Positions 14,986 through 22,670 of a stretch of DNA of 64,000 nt are shown here, in pieces; the stretch's first letter is position 1; each line of letters starts with the position of its first letter. The notes under the pieces are model-generated. The model was given only the letters and a program-made list of their open reading frames with translations, was not told the origin of the DNA and did not search any database. The DNA is taken from positions 1-64,000 of IMG/VR virus record IMGVR_UViG_3300042260_000713. One strand, written 5' to 3'. Source of the stretch: a virus. The position numbers and the translations under genes were made by a program.

Positions 14986-15230
14986 TGGGCTGGGGTCAGC
15001 TGCCAGAGGTGCCGGCCGAGCCTGGCCCCATTGCGCTTACAGATGCCCAGGCCTTTGAGGTGGAGCGGTTTTCCCGGGCCATTGATGCCACCTCTGATCT
15101 GGCCGATCTGCAGGGCCTGTGCAAGCAGCTGTTGCAGGCCTGGATGGCACAGAAGGCCGCGACCTGCTGGGTCATGCGCCAAAGCCTGTCAGGGCCTGGT
15201 CCAAACCACCGGCTTTCGGAGGATTCCTGA
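14985..15230 (+). CDS. NblA-like small protein, paralog 1
   Basis: ATGA overlap. IALTDAQAFEVERFSRAIDATSDLADLQGLCKQLLQAWMAQK follows the NblA pattern L-S/T-x-x-Q-x-F-x-[IV]-x-x-F...S. Shares the MGWGQ N-terminus with the next ORF. Confidence 0.45.
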   Translation: MGWGQLPEVPAEPGPIALTDAQAFEVERFSRAIDATSDLADLQGLCKQLLQAWMAQKAATCWVMRQSLSGPGPNHRLSEDS

Positions 15231-15550
15231 TGGGCTGGGGGCAATGGCGAGTGCCGGAGCTGAGCGAAGAAGATCGCTTTGCCTTGCGCGTACTGGAGCT
15301 AGAGCTTCGCAAGACATTGGACCGCCATCCCAAAAGTTTGCTTCGGATGTGCGTGGTGCTGTCAGAGCAGTGCCGGATCAGGGACAACATCATCAACAAG
15401 GCCAGCGAGCGGATTGCCGAGCTGGAGATGAGCCAGGCCATTGCAGAGCCGGCGGCACCCCAGCAGCAGCTGCGGCGGCGGCGGGGCTGGTGGAGGCGGT
15501 GGTGGTGGCGCGGGAGTGCGATTGCCCGGGCGTTGGTGCTGGGCCAATGA
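15230..15550 (+). CDS. NblA-like small protein, paralog 2
   Basis: TGATG overlap. MGWGQWRVPELSEEDRFALRVLELELRKTLDRHPKSLLRMCVVLSEQCRIRDNIINK. Basic Arg/Trp-rich tail. Confidence 0.45.
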   Translation: MGWGQWRVPELSEEDRFALRVLELELRKTLDRHPKSLLRMCVVLSEQCRIRDNIINKASERIAELEMSQAIAEPAAPQQQLRRRRGWWRRWWWRGSAIARALVLGQ

Positions 15551-16017
15551 TCGACCCTGCCTACCTCGCCCAGCTGCGGCGCACGCTGCGGGCGGAGCAC
15601 ACGATGACGCTGGTGCAGATCGAGCAGCTGGTGCCCAACTGGTGGCCCACCATCACTGAGCTGGCGGAGCAGCTCGGGACTGAACGGGCAACGCTCAATC
15701 GTTGCCTCACCAAGCTGGAGCAGCGGGCCCTGCTGCGCCGGGTGACCCGCGGCAACGGCGGCGGCACCTGGATCTGGTGGGTGAAGCGCTCTGAGCATGA
15801 TCAGCCCGACGACAGCACCGCGCCGCGCTGGGTGTTGCGTGATCTGCAATGCCGTCGCCGGCGGGAGATCATCCTGGGGCAGGAGCGGGCCTTCGCAGAA
15901 GAACAGGGGCTGTCGTACCACACTGTCCGCAACTTCCTGGCGGGTTTCCGGCCGATGCTCGCCAAGCGCTGGCAGCTGGTCAGTTCACCCCTGCAGCTGG
16001 AGGATGAGCAGGGCTGA
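15547..16017 (+). CDS. Winged-helix (MarR-like) DNA-binding protein
   Basis: ATGA overlap. ITELAEQLGTERATLNRCLTKLEQRALLRRV is an HTH plus wing. Confidence 0.55.
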   Translation: MIDPAYLAQLRRTLRAEHTMTLVQIEQLVPNWWPTITELAEQLGTERATLNRCLTKLEQRALLRRVTRGNGGGTWIWWVKRSEHDQPDDSTAPRWVLRDLQCRRRREIILGQERAFAEEQGLSYHTVRNFLAGFRPMLAKRWQLVSSPLQLEDEQG

Positions 16018-16028
16018 GCCGCACCAGT

Positions 16029-17585
16029 TCAGACCATGTGGATCCAGTCGGCAATCATCGGCCGCACCCTGGCGCCGGCTTCGCAGGCGGCAGCCAGGCT
16101 CATCACGGCGTCATCGTGGCAACCGGCCGCGGCCTCGCGGGTGCCATCGGCCCCCTGGCGGAACACGCGCATCTGTTCGCCGTAGATGCTGTGATGCGGG
16201 AAGCCCAGCTCACCCTGCTCGAGCAGCAGCAGCACCCGGTCGGTCATGGTGATCTTGCTGGCCTTGCCGGTGTGGAACTCTTCGATGGGCACCCCGGGCC
16301 GCAGGCGGGCCAGTGACTCGCCGACAGCGGCGCCGACCCCGTTCTTCTCGATCATCACCAGCTCGGGGTTGTACTGATCCATCAGGCGCGCAGTGCGCTG
16401 CAGGCCGTAGTCGCGGCTGCGGCGCGCGTCGTTGAAGTAGGCCACCACCTGCCAGGGGTTGGTGGTGACATCGAGCACGGTGGTAACCCATTCGTCGTCG
16501 CCGGAGCCGTTCGGGTCGATCCCGATCACGTAGTTATGGCCCCTGGTGGGCAGATCCACCCCGCCGATGGCCTCGGCGGCCTCGATCAGGTCGTGCGGGT
16601 AGACCTCGGCATCGGTGGCGGCGAAGTCGAGCTCGAACTCCTGCCGGTAGCGCTGCTCGGTGAGCTGGAACTTGCGCCGGGTGTTCTCCGCGTAGTTGGG
16701 GTCCTGGCTGTAGATCGGGTGCTGGCTCCAGTGGATCGCAACCTTTGCGAAGCCACCGCAGGGGCTGCAGCGGAGGATCGGAATGCCGTTGACGGTGGCC
16801 TCGCCGATCTGCTGCTCGCCGTGGTCGGTGCTCCAGTGCTCATGGAACCGGCCACTGCGGCCGTTGGGGGTGCTCACCCACACGGCGCGGGCGCGGGGGC
16901 CCAGCAGGCTGAGGGTGGGCATGGCGCCGGTCTCGATGCCCCCCAGCTTTTCGATGAAGGCACCCTCGTCAAACAGCACGAAGGATGCGGATGGGATGCC
17001 CCGGGCGGCCCGTTCGGTGGGAGGGAGGAAGTGGAGGCTGCCGCGGCCCTGAAAGACCAGTTTGCGGGCGGAGTCCTTCGGGAGGGGCGGGCAGGCGGCG
17101 CCCAAGCTGGCGGCCTGGCCCTTGATCCGTGCCGCCAGCTCGGAGGCATCTTCTCCGGTCTTGGAGAAGATGATCCCCACCCAGGCCGGCCGCTGGATGG
17201 CCTGCTGCAACATGTAGCTGATCACCGTCTCGCTCACGCCGGTCTGGCGGCTCTTGAGCACGTAGATGTTCTGGTAGGCGCGGATCGTGCGCACCAGCGC
17301 CAGCTGGTAGTCCCAGGCCCTGAACGGCAGATACTTGCCCTGGGAGGCGATGAAGGTGCGGGCGGCGAAGTCGGGCCAGCGCTTGGGTAGCTGATCCCAC
17401 AGCTGCACCGCCTGCTCCTGGGAGAACAGGCCGCGGCGGGGGAGGTACTGCAGCGCCGGCCGCACCACCTTCTTGCGGGGCAGGTGGAGGCCCGTGGCGC
17501 CCCTGCTGCGGGGCCAGGCATAGCAGGGTGTCTGGGTGCGGAGCTGGGCCTCGTAGTCGGCCCAGGCCTCGTCATCCCAGGCCAT
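16029..17585 (-). CDS. terL: Terminase large subunit
   Basis: 518 aa. Walker A-like YVLKSRQTGVSE, Walker B VLFDEGAF, and a C-terminal nuclease-like VIGIDPNGSGDDEW. Confidence 0.85.
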   Translation of the reverse strand: MAWDDEAWADYEAQLRTQTPCYAWPRSRGATGLHLPRKKVVRPALQYLPRRGLFSQEQAVQLWDQLPKRWPDFAARTFIASQGKYLPFRAWDYQLALVRTIRAYQNIYVLKSRQTGVSETVISYMLQQAIQRPAWVGIIFSKTGEDASELAARIKGQAASLGAACPPLPKDSARKLVFQGRGSLHFLPPTERAARGIPSASFVLFDEGAFIEKLGGIETGAMPTLSLLGPRARAVWVSTPNGRSGRFHEHWSTDHGEQQIGEATVNGIPILRCSPCGGFAKVAIHWSQHPIYSQDPNYAENTRRKFQLTEQRYRQEFELDFAATDAEVYPHDLIEAAEAIGGVDLPTRGHNYVIGIDPNGSGDDEWVTTVLDVTTNPWQVVAYFNDARRSRDYGLQRTARLMDQYNPELVMIEKNGVGAAVGESLARLRPGVPIEEFHTGKASKITMTDRVLLLLEQGELGFPHHSIYGEQMRVFRQGADGTREAAAGCHDDAVMSLAAACEAGARVRPMIADWIHMV

Positions 17586-18097
17586 CAGAAGTCACCTTCT
17601 CGATCCAGCGCTTCCTGCTGCTCCGGGGTGAGGGGTGTGGCACCAGCACCGCCATCGCCGAGCTCCTGCTGGGCCCGCTCGAACTTGTCGATGCTGAGGA
17701 TGAACCGGTTGATCTCGGCCAGAGTGCCGAGGGCGGTCTGCAGCTGCTTGGCCTGCAGGGATCTGCGCAGCAGCGATTCCATTCGGCTCACCTGAATGGC
17801 GCCCATCCGCAGGCGGTCGTAGAGGCTGGTGCTTTGGATGCAGAGCTCGTAGGCATCGGCCACCAGGCGGGCAGCTACGGCAGGGCTGACCTTGAAGCCC
17901 TTGGTCGCCACGGTCATCAGATCGTGAGATCCGTAGCCCTCCTTCACAGCCAGGCCCAGCAGGGCATGCACCCGGTAGTTGCGTTCGGCGGCCTTGGAGA
18001 TGCTGCGGTCCTTGGTTTTCGGCTTGGGCTTGGGTTTCCGGGGCTTGGGATTGGCGCCGGCCTTTTCGCTGCTCACGCCGGTGTGCCTCCTGCTCAA
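17585..18097 (-). CDS. Candidate terminase small subunit
   Basis: 170-aa ORF directly upstream of terL with ATGA overlap. Basic N-terminus. Start is TTG 18097 or GTG 18076. The call rests on position only. Confidence 0.4.
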   Translation of the reverse strand: MSRRHTGVSSEKAGANPKPRKPKPKPKTKDRSISKAAERNYRVHALLGLAVKEGYGSHDLMTVATKGFKVSPAVAARLVADAYELCIQSTSLYDRLRMGAIQVSRMESLLRRSLQAKQLQTALGTLAEINRFILSIDKFERAQQELGDGGAGATPLTPEQQEALDREGDF

Positions 18098-18669
18098 AAC
18101 GTAGGCGCCTCCTGCTCAACAACTTCCGCAGAGATGTGATCGGCTTCGCAGCGGCGAGCGTGGTCCTTCAGCCAGCTCCTCACCGCCCAGGTGCTGCGAT
18201 TCAGCATCAGGCCGATCGTGGCCATGTCACGGCCCTCGGCGCGCAGGCGCAGGGCCCTGGCGCCCTCTTCCGCCGTCCATCGCCGCAGGGCCACAGGCAC
18301 TCGATGCCGCCGGGCACGGATCGTCACACCAGCCTCCACCAGCAACCTTCGGATCCGCGGCGGCGACACCCCGTAGCAGCTCGCGATCGACTTGATGCTC
18401 TGCTCGGCCAGGTAGCGGTTCACCACCATCTGCACCGGCAGGGGCACTGCAGGCGGCACCAGGCCATCTCCACCGGCCTTGAGGTTGTTCACCAGGGCAC
18501 GGCGTTGCCTCACCCAGCCGCCGTTGATCCGCGCATCAGCCAGCAGCTGGTAGACAGCCCCACAAGAGCAGCCCACGGCCGCGGCGATTGCCTTCACAGG
18601 CACGCCCTGCCGGTGCAGCTCCAGCATCCGGGCATGGTGGTAACGGGTGAGCGGCAGGCCTTTGGCCAT
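18094..18669 (-). CDS. DNA-binding protein with three HTH repeats
   Basis: Three HTH units: LELHRQGVPVKAIAAAVGCSCGAVYQLL, YLAEQSIKSIASCYGVSPPRIRRLL and LRAEGRDMATIGLMLNRSTWAVRSWL. Confidence 0.6.
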   Translation of the reverse strand: MAKGLPLTRYHHARMLELHRQGVPVKAIAAAVGCSCGAVYQLLADARINGGWVRQRRALVNNLKAGGDGLVPPAVPLPVQMVVNRYLAEQSIKSIASCYGVSPPRIRRLLVEAGVTIRARRHRVPVALRRWTAEEGARALRLRAEGRDMATIGLMLNRSTWAVRSWLKDHARRCEADHISAEVVEQEAPTF

Positions 18670-18674
18670 CACCG

Positions 18675-19337
18675 TCAACGGCCCCGCTGGGCCAGCAAAG
18701 CCTCCACTGCCCGGGTGATGCGGGCTTCGGTGGTCTCCTCCTCCGGCAGTGCCGCGGCCAGCCGGCCCATCAGGGCCTGGAAGTCCGTGAGGGCATGCTG
18801 GTCGGGGAAGGTGAGCTGCACCGTCAGCCCGGGGGGGCCTGGATCGGTGGGGTCGGGTTCCGGAGGTGGCGGTGGTTCGTCAATCCCCTCCACCTGCTGC
18901 CGCCATTCCTCATCGGTGAACCAGGGGCTCATGTCGAGATCGGCGTGCTCCTCGAGCAGGTTTGCCAGGGCCGCGCCATCGAACTCGCTCAGGTCACTGG
19001 CGCGGTTGTCGGCAACGCCATATTCCGCCTTCTGCGAGGGGGAGAGGTCGGTGCGCTGCACCGCCACCAGCGTGCGGCCATCGGCGGGCACCACCAGCAC
19101 CTTCTCGATGCCGATGGCGGCGGCGGCCTCGGCGGTGCCGTTGCCGGCGAGGATCACGCCAGCCTCATCGATCACCAGACTCCGTGCGGCGCCAAACTCC
19201 TGGAGCGAGCGCTCAATCATCGCCGTGCTGCGCTGCGTGCGGCGCCGAGCGTTCTTGGGGTCCTGGGTGAGGGCCTCCAGCGTGGTCTCGGTCGGGACTG
19301 TGACCGGGGCCAGGGAAAGGCGGCGGCGTACCGGCAT
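18675..19337 (-). CDS. ParB/Srx-like nuclease-domain protein
   Basis: Internal ATG at 19337. ...LTQDPKNARRRTQRSTAMIERSLQEFGAARSLVIDEAGVILAGNGTAEAAAAIG...VADNRASDLSEFD matches the ParB N-terminal domain pattern. Confidence 0.65.
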   Translation of the reverse strand: MPVRRRLSLAPVTVPTETTLEALTQDPKNARRRTQRSTAMIERSLQEFGAARSLVIDEAGVILAGNGTAEAAAAIGIEKVLVVPADGRTLVAVQRTDLSPSQKAEYGVADNRASDLSEFDGAALANLLEEHADLDMSPWFTDEEWRQQVEGIDEPPPPPEPDPTDPGPPGLTVQLTFPDQHALTDFQALMGRLAAALPEEETTEARITRAVEALLAQRGR

Positions 19338-19412
19338 TGATCCCAATAAAGACTGATTGGTAACGTAACCGGATGAGAGCGTAGTTGTCACGGCATGAAC
19401 CGTTGAACAGGG

Positions 19413-20273
19413 ATGTCTTTGCATTCCGAGAAGCGTGCTTGCACGCTGTCTTCTGACAGGCTGGAAATGCTTCTGCAGACGGGTTTTTGCTGGACAGAAG
19501 CGGCAAGGATCAGCGGCCTCACGGCGAGCGTCCTGCGTCACTGGTGGCAACGAACAGGCTCACAGAACTGCGATCCGGTTGAAGTGGCGCAAGGGGAGCG
19601 GCTGATACACGCGAACTACCGGCAGTGCTCGCCGCAGCTGTTTGATGGCCTGATGGTCTGCGGCAAGTGCCGCGGCCGGATGAAACGGCCGGATCTGAAG
19701 GATGTCTGTGGCCGCCCGCACCGCTGGGCCTGCCCCCGCTGCCGCACCAATGGGCGCTGTGAGTGGGTGCAGGCCGCGGCCATCAAGCGGGCGGTGTTTG
19801 AAGCGCTGCAGAGCCGGCTGCCGGAGATGGCGCGGCTGTGTGAGCACCGCACCGGGTTGCAGCGCAAGCGTGAGCAGCAGTGGCTGGAGCAGCTGGAGCA
19901 GTTTCGGGCGATGGCCCAGCGGCTGCATGAGGCCGGCGTGCCGCGGTTGGGTCCCCAGCTGCTGGCGGCCCGGGTGCAGCTGGCGAAGGACCAGCTGGGA
20001 GAACCGCCCTATCTCGATCGCCACGATTGGGGTGAGACGTTCAGCACCTGGGGGGCGTGGGAGGGTGCCAGCTCACACCAGTGGCGGATGGTGTCCGTCT
20101 TCTTCTGCCGGAAGATCGTCTGGGATGGCGAGCGCCTCCAGGTGGTCCTGTTCGGGCGGCGCTTTGTCGATCCACTGCTGATGGATCGCCACGAGCACCT
20201 CGTTGATCAGCCCCTGTGGCGACCGCCCGTTCATCCGTTGGCGTTCAGCCATCCTGCTCATCGTGAAAGTTGA
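19413..20273 (+). CDS. HTH + zinc-ribbon protein resembling the C-terminal part of large serine recombinases
   Basis: FDGLMVCGKCRGRMKRPDLKDVCGRPHRWACPRCRTNGRCEWVQAAAIKRAVFEAL followed by a coiled-coil-like segment. No resolvase catalytic domain is seen. Confidence 0.45.
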   Translation: MSLHSEKRACTLSSDRLEMLLQTGFCWTEAARISGLTASVLRHWWQRTGSQNCDPVEVAQGERLIHANYRQCSPQLFDGLMVCGKCRGRMKRPDLKDVCGRPHRWACPRCRTNGRCEWVQAAAIKRAVFEALQSRLPEMARLCEHRTGLQRKREQQWLEQLEQFRAMAQRLHEAGVPRLGPQLLAARVQLAKDQLGEPPYLDRHDWGETFSTWGAWEGASSHQWRMVSVFFCRKIVWDGERLQVVLFGRRFVDPLLMDRHEHLVDQPLWRPPVHPLAFSHPAHRES

Positions 20274-20282
20274 TGCTCGGTT

Positions 20283-20519
20283 TCACTGCCCGCCCCAGCT
20301 GATGCGCTTCCAGGGGTAGGGCCGAGTCTGGTCCATGGCCACCGGCTCCAGTTTGTGGTTGATGGGCACCATGAGCATCAGGCCTTGGGATCTACAGGGC
20401 TCTGCGCGGTGCCGGCGGCCTTGCATGTCGCTCCACACGTCTCCCAGGCGGATCCGGTCGGCGGGTGGGCAAGCTGCAGTGGTGCTCAAGCAGCAACCTC
20501 CTGCCGCCGCGGCCTGCAT
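20283..20519 (-). CDS. Hypothetical protein (weak)
   Basis: 78-aa ORF at the end of the minus-strand early operon. Its start overlaps the preceding small ORF. Composition is only moderately protein-like. Confidence 0.3.
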   Translation of the reverse strand: MQAAAAGGCCLSTTAACPPADRIRLGDVWSDMQGRRHRAEPCRSQGLMLMVPINHKLEPVAMDQTRPYPWKRISWGGQ

Positions 20520-20665
20520 GCGCGATGGCGCGCCACGAACTGATCGGAGAGCTTCACCAGCTCGGTGACTGCCATCGGCAGTTCCACCTCATGGGTGTCT
20601 CCGCACTCAAGGCAGCGAAACAGCGGTGGCCGGTGGGCGTAGTCCAGGACGCAGTGGTCGTTCAT
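20486..20665 (-). CDS. Small Cys-containing protein (below the ORF-track cutoff)
   Basis: Hand-translated 59 aa, MNDHCVLDYAHRPPLFRCLECGDTHEVELPMAVTELVKLSDQF.... ATGA overlap with the upstream stop. Confidence 0.4.
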   Translation of the reverse strand: MNDHCVLDYAHRPPLFRCLECGDTHEVELPMAVTELVKLSDQFVARHRACRPRRQEVAA

Positions 20666-21009
20666 GCGGCCTCCTGCTCCATCTGAATCGCTTCAAGCAG
20701 CTGCAGCAGCTCGCCGCGCACCGGGTCGCTCTCGAAGGGGTGCATGCTGATCCGGTGCAACAGGATGGCCTGCAGCCGCCGGCGCTCTTGCTGCTCGCCT
20801 TCTGCCAGTGCCTTGCGCAGCTGGGCGTCTTCGCTCACTACGGCGGTGGCGGCCTCAAGCAGGCCGGCCACAGCGCGGTCGAGCTTCTCGCGCGCCGCGG
20901 CCAGGTGGCCCTCCAGAACAGACTCCCGCCGTAGGCGCGCAGCCGAGCTGTTGATTGCCATCCACGCTGGGGGAAGTGGTTCCGCCGGGAAGGTTGGATG
21001 TGTGTTCAT
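20662..21009 (-). CDS. Hypothetical coiled-coil protein
   Basis: The last 115 codons of the 20662..21741 ORF, starting MNTHPTFPAE. ATGA overlap with the upstream gene. Confidence 0.5.
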   Translation of the reverse strand: MNTHPTFPAEPLPPAWMAINSSAARLRRESVLEGHLAAAREKLDRAVAGLLEAATAVVSEDAQLRKALAEGEQQERRRLQAILLHRISMHPFESDPVRGELLQLLEAIQMEQEAA

Positions 21010-21785
21010 AGGGGTTTCTCCCACTGAAAGGATCGGGACATGAAGCGGTAAAGATCGAGGGCATCCACCCAGCTGCTGATGGCAACATCCACATCGATGA
21101 GCTCCACGGTGGTGTGGCCGGGGCTGCAGAACAGCACGAAGGCACGCTGCGGCCACCAGCTGTGGGTGTCGATCAACAGCGCCAGGGCTGCCCCCAGCTC
21201 GGCCGCCACCCGCTGGGGGTTGAGCTGATCCGGTGAGGCGGCCTGCACCATGCCGATGCCGATGTCGCTGCCATCGCTGAACCGCACCAGCAGGTCGGCA
21301 GATGTGGCCACGGGCAGACGCCGATGCCGGAGGGGCAGAGGCGCAGCAAGCACCTGCAGGCGCTGCCAGAAGGGATGGGCGATCAACGGCTCGATCGTGG
21401 GCAGGGCCGATGTGAACGGAGGCACGCTGGGCGCCCAGGGCCCCCTGGTGGCCGCGGCCGGGTTGTGGATGCTGTTGGCGTAGATGGTGCAGGCCCGCAC
21501 CACAACGGGATCCAGCGCAGAGATGGTGCGCCTCTGATCGTGGGGATAGATGCGATCGAGGATGTGGTGAGCCGAGAGCAGATCTTCCCCGTCCGGGCTT
21601 ACGAAACCGCCATCTGGCACCGGGAGCAGGGCCTGGCCCTCGGGTGTGGAGAACCAGGTGAATGGTTCCGGGCGGGACAGGGAGATCACCATGGCCCTCT
21701 GCGCAGATGGGGCGGCATGGCAGTGATTGAGCAGCCGGCACGTTGCCAGCGCATCTCCCAGTTGCAGGGAAGGGGGATGCGCCAC
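21006..21785 (-). CDS. Hypothetical protein
   Basis: 259-aa ORF with GTG start and a diverse, protein-like composition. Confidence 0.55.
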   Translation of the reverse strand: MAHPPSLQLGDALATCRLLNHCHAAPSAQRAMVISLSRPEPFTWFSTPEGQALLPVPDGGFVSPDGEDLLSAHHILDRIYPHDQRRTISALDPVVVRACTIYANSIHNPAAATRGPWAPSVPPFTSALPTIEPLIAHPFWQRLQVLAAPLPLRHRRLPVATSADLLVRFSDGSDIGIGMVQAASPDQLNPQRVAAELGAALALLIDTHSWWPQRAFVLFCSPGHTTVELIDVDVAISSWVDALDLYRFMSRSFQWEKPL

Positions 21786-21834
21786 CGCCGGCCGCGGCGG
21801 GACACGTCAGAGGTCTTGCAGACGATCAGCATGG

Positions 21835-22176
21835 TCACCAGTGCTCAGTGGGCTCGTCAGGGCCCACGGGTTCTGTTACTGGGATCCCAGTTACGGGTGC
21901 TGCGGCCGATGCAAATCCGTGGGCGAGCAGATGCTCGGCTTCTTCTGGAGGCAGCAGGACCGCAAAGGCCGCGGCCGTCCGCCATGCCCGGCGGCCGTTG
22001 GCCCTGAAATGGCCAACGGCCAAGTCATCGGCCACATGGAAGCGGTGCTCACCGGCGTAGAAGTAGCGGCCCAGGTGCTTCTCCACGGGCACCTGGTAGC
22101 TGACGGTGGCGCCACGGTCGAAAATCGCAAGCATCGCGCCAAGGGGCGGATGCTCGTGGGCCATTGCAACGGCCAT
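21835..22176 (-). CDS. Hypothetical protein
   Basis: 113-aa ORF with ATGA overlap to the upstream stop. Confidence 0.5.
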   Translation of the reverse strand: MAVAMAHEHPPLGAMLAIFDRGATVSYQVPVEKHLGRYFYAGEHRFHVADDLAVGHFRANGRRAWRTAAAFAVLLPPEEAEHLLAHGFASAAAPVTGIPVTEPVGPDEPTEHW

Positions 22177-22670
22177 CAGCTCTCCTCCCGCCCCATGGAA
22201 GGCAGCAGGCCGCCGATGGCGTCCCGAGAGGCCTGTAGCTGGCGCGCCTGCTCTGCAGTGGCCTGCACCGCCGAGTAGGCGCGCTGGCGACGGTTGCGGT
22301 GGATGGAGGCGATGGCCTCCTGGGGCAGCTCGATGCCGATCAGACGGGGGCCCAGGGCCGTCTCAATCCGGAGAGGGCCAGATGAATCGCGGAAGCCTCC
22401 GCCATTGCCGGCGCCGGGGTAGGCCGCAAGGCAGCAGCAGATCACGGCCGGATCAGAGCCGGCAACCAGCTCGCCGGTGGGCAACACGTCGTAGTCGCTC
22501 AGGTGGTCGTTGATGGCCCGGTCGTAGTTGGCCACGATGCCGGTGTCGAAACATGCGAAGCAGGCGTAGCTGGGCAGAACAAAAGCCGGGCCAGCGGGCG
22601 GGCGCCGCTTGTGGGGGGCAAGGTCGCAAACGGCGGCCGGCGGCGGCGCTGGCGTGATGGATGAACTCAT
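22176..22670 (-). CDS. Hypothetical Cys-rich protein
   Basis: 164-aa ORF with ATGA overlap to the initiator gene stop. Contains SYACFACFDTG...VICCC. Confidence 0.5.
   Translation of the reverse strand: MSSSITPAPPPAAVCDLAPHKRRPPAGPAFVLPSYACFACFDTGIVANYDRAINDHLSDYDVLPTGELVAGSDPAVICCCLAAYPGAGNGGGFRDSSGPLRIETALGPRLIGIELPQEAIASIHRNRRQRAYSAVQATAEQARQLQASRDAIGGLLPSMGREES

Noticed and set aside
21010-21741. N-terminal 244 codons of the 359-aa ORF 20662-21741
   Set aside because: This part is Pro/Arg/Gly/His-rich and overlaps the better 21006-21785 ORF in another frame. Only the last 115 codons, from the ATGA-coupled ATG at 21009, were kept.
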